Part shown: positions 1-9,367 of the stretch, piece by piece
How the letters are laid out: each line of letters begins with the position of its first letter
How positions within the stretch are numbered: the first letter of the stretch is position 1
Assembly (NCBI GenBank): GCA_001662655.1
Contig: KV460212.1
Reading direction: 5' to 3' (one strand)
Origin: Pseudogymnoascus verrucosus
Taxonomy: Eukaryota
Length of the DNA stretch: 64,000 nt
Program-made: the position numbers and the translations under genes
The notes under the pieces: generated by a model
The model's input: only the letters and a program-made list of their open reading frames with translations
Databases searched by the model: none
What the model was told of the DNA's origin: nothing

Positions 1-258
1 TGTGGCACGGTTTAAGGGACTTAAGGAGGAGGGGGGTTTACTGAGGCCGGAACAGCCTGGGAATGTGCTTGGGCGACTGGCGGTAGAGGCGGAGAAAGAA
101 CTTGGAGGGAAGTTTCTCAGGTATGTGGATTCATTTGTCACGGCGGGGATTTCGAAGACAGGCAGTTTCTTTGGAAAGCTGATTTATTATGCTATGACTG
201 GGCTAACCTATGTAGCTGGAATGCACCTGAACTTGTCAAGTTCCAGGACAAGCAGTGA
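1..258 (+). CDS. 3' end of a short-chain dehydrogenase/reductase (YIR035C/IRC24-like); exons <1-120 and 216-258
   Basis: Reads ...LLRPEQPGNVLGRLAVEAEKELGGKFL. Intron GTATGT(121)..GCTAAC..TAG(215), then (S)WNAPELVKFQDKQ* with TGA at 256-258. This resembles a typical fungal SDR C-terminus. Partial gene. Confidence 0.65.
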
Positions 259-340
259 TGAGACCGTACAGAGAAATCACTTTTGGATATGTCAGCGAAT
301 TCCAAGGATATGACAATAGAATAGACATATAGTGGGGTTG

Positions 341-428
341 GGCTTCAGTTGAAAGATGAAAAGTCTCGAAGTTTATCAGCATCAGACGAATGTCTTCAGC
401 ATTAGCATGGAATGTTACATCATAAGCC
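341..428 (-). ncRNA. SNR53: C/D box snoRNA, snR53-like (18S Am796 guide)
   Basis: The minus strand reads GGCTT-ATGATGT(C)-AACATTCCATGCTAATG-CTGA(D')...CTGATGC(C')...CTTTTCATCTTTCAA-CTGA(D)-AGCC, with a GGCTT/AAGCC terminal stem. The D' guide is complementary to the conserved 18S segment CATTAGCATGGAAT. It lies inside a minus-strand intron (GTAAAT donor at 459, GCTGAC branch near 291-296). Confidence 0.85.
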
Positions 429-666
429 GGAATAGAAAGATGAAATGTTGAATATTTACCTTGTTGTATCGAGGTTAAGTGATTCGGCCTGACATGATCA
501 TGGCCGAATGGAAACTGGACAGTATACCGCTCCAGTGCACTTGCAAACTGGCCAATGCTGTCTTTCGAGTGGGATCCAACAGAGTCGACTTAAAACCTAA
601 TAATCTTTTGGCTAGTTAGCAAATGTATTCAGAAACACATATCAAGAAGCTAAGTAATATTGAAGT

Positions 667-760
667 ACGTTCAGACGGTCCGTTTGGTTAAGACAGGTTA
701 ATCACCATCTAGAGCCGAAGCTCATGTAAGATAGGGGCGACACGAAATTTCATCAGAGTA
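667..760 (-). ncRNA. SNR67: C/D box snoRNA, snR67-like (25S Gm2619 P-loop guide)
   Basis: The minus strand reads TGATGA(C)-AATTTC-GTGTCGCCCC-TAT-CTTA(degenerate D')...GAGC-TTCG-GCTC hairpin...TGATTA(C')...CTGA(D). The guide pairs with 25S GGGGCGGCAC with one G.U pair. It lies inside a minus-strand intron (GTAAGC donor at 795, GCTAAC branch 615-620). The order matches the yeast snR67-snR53 cluster. Confidence 0.82.
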
Positions 761-1283
761 AAAAGGTAGGATGTTTGAGGAGAAAATAAGCTTACCAGTG
801 ATGGCCATTGATCCACGATTTGTGCTCCAATGTTAGCCTGAAATAAAAGCAGTGTCATAGTAAAATAGATTCTCCAAAAGAGAACCCATTACGCTTGGAA
901 AGCTCGAGTGCTGAGGAGCGCAGCTTGTGATTGTATTGATGAAGAAGAAAAAGAGAAAGAGAAAGCAAAAGAGAAAAAGAACAAAATATCAAGAAGATTG
1001 TCGCGTAAAAAGCGGGAACTTCCGCCAAGCCTTTACCAGTTGTGCTAGCCGCAGCCTCGTGGGACTGAGACGCATAATTACGTTCGCGCGTGAGGCTACG
1101 ACTCTTAAATTTCTCTCTATTCACAGCTCATGATCGACTTCTAAAGGAACTCGCATCTTCCACGATCTTCTTTATTTCTGATCTTATTACTCACGCGTTT
1201 TTGACTTCACCTCCGAAATCGTTGAAAGAACAATAAGCTGATTCGCGTCGATACGCGGGGAACAAGGTCTCATCTCTGCCGTA

Positions 1284-2766
1284 ATGTCGGACAGAGAATT
1301 TGGAGGTATGCTCATTCTATTCTACCCACAGAAAGCGAACGGTGCCGCGCTGCGCTTGCGTCTCCTATTCGCGTCTCCTATCCACGTCAAATGGCGCCAT
1401 GGGGTAGCGCTGAGGGCTTGGAGACGCGGGCGATGAGCTGTTCCTTTCGCGTTGCCCCTCCATCGCTCCTGCCCTCTGGGTGTGACCCATGCTGACTCTA
1501 TCTTAGGAAACGATGATCTCTCTCTTCCCAAAGGTATAGCATACTACTTTCTTTATATTGCGAATATTGCGGGCTCAGCTTGAGCGAATACTATCACTAC
1601 CATCGTTTGTACCGGACAACCAGCGCTCTGGCTGCCGCTTATCTCATAACGATCGTTAAGAGCCAAAGAAATCATCACAACATGGCCTCGGTGAGGCGCC
1701 CCCTATCTCTCGAAACTCGAGTCTTTAGGATCCGAAGGGCGCATGCGAACCATTCGTATGGTCGACAATACAGTTCTCAACACGCCCGACAACTCCTTTC
1801 GCGTCTTGAGGCAGATATTACTTTGCCTCCAGGATTCCTGGTTCCAGTTGCTTTACCGAGAGTACGGTTATACGGTGAAGATGTCGCGCCCCCAAACCAA
1901 CACGCGACTGGCAATACTGGTCAACGAGATCTTGCGTCAGACCGAACTTTTAAAACCCGCGAAAAGGCCGATTTGGGTCCAGAAGGGAGACAGCGTCTAA
2001 AACAAAGGCCCAAGAAAACTCCACGGAGCATATCAAAGGACAAGCCACGACCCCTAAGCAGACTTCGAGTGTCATGGTCTCACGCATGCCCCGGGGAAGA
2101 TTGCGTCGAGTCTCTCTGCGATTTAGACGTTGAACCTACTTTGGAAGACACCATGCCCTGTGCCTCAACTGGACTGAGCACAGGCGCTTTCCTTGATTAC
2201 GAAGTCCCAGAGCTTGGATCCCATGCTCTTCCATCACTTCAACTGGTCGACACGCTTTATACTTCTGCTTTGAACGCTGGTTTAGATGATTGTTGGAATT
2301 TACTTACAGAACTATTGGTGGACGTTGGCTAACTTTTCATTCATAGCAACCGTCCAGAAAATCGTAACTGAAATTCTTCCGCCCTCATCAGGCGTTGCAT
2401 TTGGGAAAGATGCTCGCGACCTTCTCATAGAATGCTGCGTCGAATTCATCACGCTCATCTCGTCAGAGGCGAACGAGATTTCAGAGAAAGAGGCCAAGAA
2501 GACCATCGCATGCGAACACATCACGAAGGCATTGGAACAGCTTGGATTTAGCGAGTATGTGGCCGACATTTTAGATGTGGCGAATGATCACAAGGAGCAG
2601 TTGAAGGTTGGTTCCAGAAGCCTCACATTTCGTAGAATACACTGCTGACAGTATTTAGGGCCGCGAGAAGAAGGCGAATAAACTTGAGCAGAGTGGACTC
2701 TCGACTGAGCAGCTGCTTGCAATGCAAGAGGCTGCATTTAAGGAGGCAGCTGAGAGACACGGCTGA
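1284..2766 (+). CDS. NCB2: Negative cofactor 2 beta subunit (Dr1, histone fold), 138 aa; exons 1284-1305, 1507-1533, 2347-2606, 2659-2766
   Basis: The spliced product reads MSDREFGGNDDLSLPKATVQKIVTEIL...LLIECCVEFITLISSEANEISEKEAKKTIACEH...AAERHG*. All junctions are GT-AG and phase-consistent. Confidence 0.95.
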
Positions 2767-3286
2767 CCTGGATGTATAAAGATATGTCGTTGCATTATCA
2801 GGCGTTGGCGTTGGGTCTATGGCAATGGAGAACGGGAATGGTATGGGCATGGTGAACGGGGACTTTCTATGGTAATTATGGCACTAGATTGCCATTTGAG
2901 CAGTTTCATAAGAATCACCTCAGGTAGCATCGAGTACAGCTACCAGACAGCGATTAACTCGGGGGTCCTGTTCCGCGTTTGCTTCGTCTCACTGTATAAA
3001 TTTCTCTGTATTTGCGCCCTCCGTAATCGATGATATTGAATGTCGCAGACATACAAGGTATCAATAATTTAACTCACACGCCCATTTAAAGCTCTTCAAC
3101 TAGCCTTTTATATAGTTTCTCTGAGTATACCCTTATTTTTGCTGTGATATTGGTCCCGTAGCTCCGATAGCTACCCTGGAATCCTCGGTCCGAGCCCGTG
3201 CACTACCGACGTCATAAATTTGTTCCACGACGGATGTGCTCCAGAAACATTGGGCTTCTTTCCATCACAATCACAGACAACACAAA

Positions 3287-4560
3287 ATGCCGCCTATATC
3301 CGTCCGGCCAGCTTTTGCAAGCAGTGTCCGAGCTCTCACACACAATGCCACCCCGCGTGTTTCTCAACTGACACCTCGCGTGTCCCAAGCCATCTCGCGG
3401 CGCTTCAAGTCTGGACCATACGGGTACACCCAGGCCAAAGCGCTCGTCTACAGCCAAAACGGAGAGCCCTCCGATGTTCTCTCGTGCGAATCCCCTTCAT
3501 CTCCCATACCTGCGCCTAGCTAACCCATCCAAGCCTGCACACGCACTCGATCTCCCCCTCCCTGCCCTCCAACGCGCTCCTCCTCCGCAGTCTCGCCGCC
3601 CCCATCAACCCCGCGGACATAAACCAGATCCAGGGCGTGTACCCCTCGCGCCCGCCCTTCACGGCTCTTCTCGGAACCGCTGTCCCCTCCGCCATCGCTG
3701 GCAACGAGGCATGTTTCGAGGTCATGCGCGTCGGGTCCGGGGTGAAGGATTTTGCGCCTGGAGACTGGGCGATTGCGCGCGCGCCGTGTCTCGGGACCTG
3801 GCGCACGCATGTTGAGGCGCAGGAGGATTCTCTGCTTCGCGTTGAGAAGGAGGGGCTGACGCCTGTGCAAGTGGGGACGGTGGGGGTGAACCCAACCACG
3901 GCGTATAGGATGTTAAAGGATTTTGAGCATGTGGGAGAAGGGGAGTGGTTCATTCAGAATGGGGCGAATAGCGGGGTTGGGCGGGCGGCGATACAGTTGG
4001 GGAGGTTGTGGGGGATGAAGAGCATTAATATTATCCGTGAACGTGGAACGGAGGAGGAGACGGAGGCGATGAGGAACGAGTTGAGAGGATTGGGGGCCAC
4101 GCATGTGGTTACAGAAGGGGAGCTGATGGCACGGGGCTTTTCTGAGCAGGTCAAGGAGTGGACGGTTGGTGGGCGCCAGAAGGTGAAGCTGGGCCTCAAT
4201 TGCGTAGGGGGCAAGCCGACATCGGCAATGGTGAAGTGCCTGAGCGATGGCGGGCACCTGGTGACATATGGCGGGATGGCAAAGGCGCCACTGCAGGTGC
4301 CGACTGCGGCACTGATATTCAAAGATGTCAAGTTCAGCGGGTTCTGGGTTAGCCGCTGGAGCGAGAAGAACCTGGATGAAAAGCGCCGGACGGTGGGGGA
4401 GATTCTGGAGCTTACCCGCGCGGGGATGTTCGCTGATGTGCCGGTGCAGAAGGTGCAGTGGGATTGGGACACCAAGGAAGAGACGCTGAAGGAGGCGGTG
4501 ACGGGGACGCTGCAGGGGTTTAGGAAGGGGAAGGGAGTGTTCGTGTTTGGTGATACTTGA
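3287..4560 (+). CDS. ETR1: Mitochondrial 2-enoyl thioester reductase (MECR family); exons 3287-3483, 3534-4560
   Basis: Arg/Ser-rich presequence. Motifs LAAPINPADINQIQGVY, GNEA, VNPTTAYRML, IQNGANSGVG, LNCVGG and VTYGGM. Confidence 0.93.
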
Positions 4561-4911
4561 GGGCTGATGCAGAGCAAGATAGACTCGCGCATTGTAGTGT
4601 AAAAACTTGTATGACCATAAAGCAGAGAGTGAAAGGCTACCTTTGCAGGGAATAATCTAACCAAAAATATATATCCCATCAGGAGCTATCCTGGGAATAC
4701 AGTTTCCTAACCATGCGTATTGTTTTGGTCACGCCCTGACACAAAAATGCAATTCCCGGCAACAAATGGGCGCCAATCCAATTCCCAAAACTAGACACAT
4801 CGAACAAAAGGGTATAAGACCACAAATTTACCGAATCCCCCTCCTTAATCCACCCATCTCCCATTACGGCCTGTTCAAGCTAACTGCCTCCTCAACCAAC
4901 ACACCGTCCCC

Positions 4912-5481
4912 TCATTTGATATTCTTGAACATATCCCCATCTAGCCCCTCCTGCTCGCCACTCTTAACACCCAGCGCGCTGATCTCCGGCAAGCTCGGTG
5001 CAGCAGGCTCGTCCTTCTCTCTGCGTTCCTCGTACACAACGCTGGTGCGTTTCCTCTCGCGCTCCTCGCTGTCTCCCACAAAACGGCGCCACCAGCTCCC
5101 GCTGCGCTTCTGTCCGCTTGTCGGTGCCATGCTAAGACTGCTCAACGGACGCGCGGGCGGCGCACCCTCATCGGGCGCGGAGCCATTGAGGCTGCGTCGT
5201 GACAGGAAACGACGGATGCTGCCCGGGCGGCGCGGAGAGGTCATGCTCATGGGCGAAAGGAGGCCGTTTGTGGGCGAACCTGGCTCGCGGCCGCGCGATT
5301 GCTCGTCATCTGGTTTTGAGGTGGTGGAGATGGCGGAGGGCGCTTTAGCGGGTGGCGGGGGCGCCTCGGCGATGGGGGAGTCGGGAGGAGGAGGGATGTC
5401 GGTGCCTGCTGTGAGGGAGTCGAGGGGCGCGAGGACGGGAAGCTCGAATTTGCGCGACGGGGTGGTGGTGGTGGCTGGCAT
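4912..5481 (-). CDS. Hypothetical Pro/Ser-rich fungal protein, 189 aa
   Basis: Intact ATG-to-stop ORF with biased codon usage and motif-like segments (LTAGTDIPPPPDSP, SIRRFLSR, SWWRRF, DMFKNI). Confidence 0.75.
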   Translation of the reverse strand: MPATTTTPSRKFELPVLAPLDSLTAGTDIPPPPDSPIAEAPPPPAKAPSAISTTSKPDDEQSRGREPGSPTNGLLSPMSMTSPRRPGSIRRFLSRRSLNGSAPDEGAPPARPLSSLSMAPTSGQKRSGSWWRRFVGDSEERERKRTSVVYEERREKDEPAAPSLPEISALGVKSGEQEGLDGDMFKNIK

Positions 5482-6630
5482 TGTGGTGAGTGGTTGTTGT
5501 TGAAGATTTGGGTGTGGGTTCTAGTTGTGTGGGGAAGCTCTCATGCACTGTGATGTAAGGTTTCCGGAGATGCGGATGCGAGGGACAACGGTCGATATAT
5601 ATTTTTCTCCAGAGGATCGCAAGCCTGACGGCGTTCGTTTGCAACTGCGAGTTGGAAGGAGTTGGTCAATCGATCGGGTCTGCTTGTGCGAAGCCTGAGA
5701 TCTCAACGGAAGTCACACGAAGATCTACTTGCATGCGAGCGCGAGATGAGGAGGTTGCACAATAACCGCGATGGCATTGAGGGAGAGAATAGCGGTATAA
5801 CAGGGAGAGAGTATGAAGCGATTGTAAGAACTGTGAGAGAGCGCGACGCGCAAAATAGTTATGCTCGTGTGTGAAGTGAAGGCGATGGCTTGCCCGACAA
5901 TAATGTAAACGTTTTTGCCGTGAGTTAGTAATTATGTCCTGGTTATCCACGAAGTCTCCACGACTTCTGAGCCTCCGTTGGCTCAATGCAGAGGAGCTTG
6001 TGTTGTGGCGAGCGAATTGGCCAATCAAAGTGGGGCGCCGTTGTGGATAAGGGGCAGAAGTCGTAGCATCGCCCGTTTGTCTGTTGAGTCTCCGAGAAAC
6101 GTTGGCTTAACATGATGACCAAGATGAGAGAAATATCAGGTGTTCAGATACCTTCAGCTTCGCTTTTCTCTGTGTCCGCGCAGATACCGTTGATATTCCA
6201 CAGTGTCCAATCGAGGAAGGCATTCACTTTGCAGGATATCCTTCCAGAATCATGAGAATCATTCCCGCATAGGGGTGCTTTCCACGTGGCGTTCGACTCA
6301 GGGTCTCAAAAAAATCTCAACACAATCCCAAGGGTTCAATGGTAAGGGTTATCCAAAAAGTTCCTGGATATGCTGTAGAGCGGACGTCAAAATACGTCCC
6401 GAAAACTCCTCGAGGCGCCGTCAATGCTAGTCCCCTATATCATAATGGGTATCCTGTTCGCCCCGTGGTCCAGCCAGTCCATGCCCGCATGCCCAATATA
6501 TAAAACAAAGCATTATCCATTATCCATTACTCATCATCCATCATCCGTCATCCATATAGCGCAAAATCCCAACCTTCTAATATAACACGCCAACATGCGA
6601 AACCTGCAAATGCTATACATCAAAGATAAA

Positions 6631-7897
6631 TCAGTAAAAGGAGGGGCCATATGTTCCGTACGCCATAGGCCCTAGTAAGGCGTTCTCATCGTCCATCCAG
6701 GAGACTTCATCTGGCAGATAAAATTCTCCGTAGATATTCACCACCGGCTCCTGCTGTGATAAACACTGCGGATTCGGACAGATCCCAGAATTCGACCTCT
6801 CGGCGCAGAATGTCATACACGCCAGGCACACTAGTCTCATCGGGTCAAATGCCATCGGCCGGAAGCCGTGACAGTGGTGTGTATGATCAAGCAGCTGTTG
6901 TGATGAGCTAAAGGTGTTCTGGCAATTTTCTGGGTCGCAAAGACACATATAGTAGTGATATGGCCCGTTGGGGCCCAACATTTCTATCTCTGTCGCGAGG
7001 AGATACGTTCGATCTGTTTTGATGGTGCTGAATTGCCGTCGTGCAATAGACGGAGGATCGAAGGATTGGAATGGATTGCTGGGGTGGAGAGGGCTGCATT
7101 GAGCGACCTCCTCTGGTTCTAGTAGTGAGTCCTCGAAGTCACCTTCGTTGATTGTGCTTGGGTATATGCTATCTGGTATCGTGTGAATATCAAGCTTGTT
7201 TGCCGCATTATCGATGTTCTCCAAGATAGTCGACTTCTGCTCTTCCTTTATCGCATCTTCTTCAATTTGATGAAAGCCAGAAAGGGGATCAGATCCCTTT
7301 GCTTCAGAGTCGTAATCCAATGCCCACTGAACGTCCGATTCGTTCTGTTCATCGTGATTCCCGTCTAGGATATCCTCTAGGGCGTGATGGGACAAAGAAC
7401 ACTGCATGCGTGCATTAGTATTTGTATAGAAGACAAGAACGAGCTGATCGGATTATGCATACCTTCACTTTCCTCTTCCTGCAATCACCCAGGCAACTCC
7501 CAAGGTACCGGATCAGTGCCTTCTGGGCCTTCATCGCAGGGCAGAGTGCCTTCTTCGTTGGCTCCGACAAGAAATTCCCATCTTGCTGGCTCCATACAAC
7601 TGTGTAATCAGTGTGGCTCGTCGCGTAAGATGCCTCACTCAGTGGGGGCGGAAACGTTCGCGACGCAGATGACAAAGATCCCTGGGAGCTGTGGGATGCT
7701 TGGAAGGGAGAGCTGGACTCGAGGCTGGTAGGGACGGGGACGCCTTGTAGTTTCACAGCCATGCGATAACTGCGTAGTTTTTCGCGGGCCCCAATGACTT
7801 TGTGAGGTTCGATTCGCTTCGTTCCTGGGCGGTAAGGAAGATTTGAAGGCCTTGGACGAGGCAGAGGGACCGAGGCAACTCTCGAGCTATAAGACAT
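6631..7897 (-). CDS. Putative zinc-binding transcription factor, ~401 aa; exons 7897-7463, 7401-6631
   Basis: Intron GTATGC..TACTAAT..CAG joins a half-Zn-cluster-like motif CLGDCRKRKVK|CSLSHH. The C-terminus has a C2H2-like CDPENCQNTF..QLLDHTHHCH followed by CLAC..CPNPQC. Confidence 0.7.
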
Positions 7898-9367
7898 GAT
7901 GTCGTCGGCTGTGTTTCAACAGGTGTGTATATTATATCCAAACGGTTTCGCTGGGCTAGGGGATCCGGAGATGTGTGGAATCTGCGAGGGCGGGAAGCGG
8001 GATGTCTGGTCTTTCACTGAGGGGCAGGAAGGCGGCCAGAAGCAGAGGCGGAGCTGGATCGAGTGTGCTGGTTGCTAGTCCGACAAACGAAATGTGAATA
8101 TGGAGTGGAGAATAGATGGAAGAACTCGATTCAAGTGATGCTTCGAGGTAATCTGTGACGCGTTCATAAATTCGTGGCTTGTCAAAGGGAAAGTCGCATC
8201 GGAGTATCGTCTTGGGCCATCGGCGCGGCTGGAGGATGGATGGATTCGACGTTTAGTGTTCTTCGGACGAGATGTCGCACAATGATACTTGTTACGCGAG
8301 GTGTAGATGAAGTCGGACAGCGGATGCCGCAGAGATTTCTTGAGTTGCGAGAGAGTGGAGTGTGTTTGGTGGTTTGGGAAGGCTGTGTTGCACTTTCGCT
8401 CAGTGGGCTGCAGAGAGGACGAGGATGGCGGGGGAGGGAGAACAACAGAGAGTGAGAGAGGAAGGCAAGGAGATGGGATATATGTAGGAATGAGAGTTTG
8501 GGTTACCTTTGGGTGAATGAATATGTGTATGTCCAGTGTAAAGATGCGTGGCCACCGCTTTTTCGGAGTGAAATATGAGAGAGGAGGGAGGGGGGTCGAG
8601 GCGAACCACGCAGATAAATGTGTTCGACTTGGTTTTTGGTGGTGGTCCGCGCAATCGGGCGTCTTTGCGGTGGTTCGCAATCTGGGAGTGCGAGTACTCG
8701 CGAAACCAACTTTTTAGCCAGTGGGAACAGCGACGGGTGATCGACAAATACCTCGTCATCCCGCCCTTCACCCAGCGTTTCGCAGTAACAATTTTGTATT
8801 TCTAACAATCCGCGTTGGTGTATACAACTCCGTATAATAATTAAGTGCACATACTGTAATGTGAAAACTGCCAAATTAATCAGTCAGTCAGCTGTGCAGG
8901 GCATACTTCATTCCTCATCTTCACATAAACACAGAGAACAGTACACTGCCTTTCTTGCCAGTACGGCGTGAACGAGCGGAGTATACGATGACGATGGCGA
9001 GCACCGCTCATGATGCACAGTCCAAGGCACAGAGTGCAACGGCATAGACCACAGTTCGCAGCTCTAGACCCTCGGATTCTGCACCATGTAGGGACAGCAA
9101 ATCCTCCGTCATCATTCACCGGCTGGTTGCCCTCACAAAATATCTTCATAATCACCAGCTGCCTTGACCGGTGACATGGATATAGTACAAGACACTGCCC
9201 TGGGCCTGCCAGCTGGAACCCGACAAAGGGATCAATGACATGTGTGGCTGCAATGCTTATTATTATTATGTAGAAGCTAAAGCCCGTCTCCTGTTCCAGA
9301 CCCAAAATCATGATGATCGTAATTCGTAGCTGTGTCTCCGCACCAGTCCAGGCCAGTCCATATGGTT

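Larger units (their letters stand above)
280..1100 (-). ncRNA. Spliced non-coding snoRNA host transcript, divergent from NCB2 (ends approximate)
   Basis: Minus-strand donors at 459, 795 and possibly 1036, with acceptors near 280, 597 and 838. The intervening exons carry no credible ORF. Confidence 0.6.

Noticed and set aside
1580..2332. 250-aa ORF spanning NCB2 intron 2
   Set aside because: It starts at TTG and has no recognisable motifs. The overlapping 1774-2000 frame fits the splice phases and looks more protein-like. It is not formally excluded.
2850..2872. Minus-strand AGAAAGTCCCCG resembling the RNase MRP CR-I motif
   Set aside because: No matching CR-V was found, and the RNA would run antisense through NCB2 coding exons.
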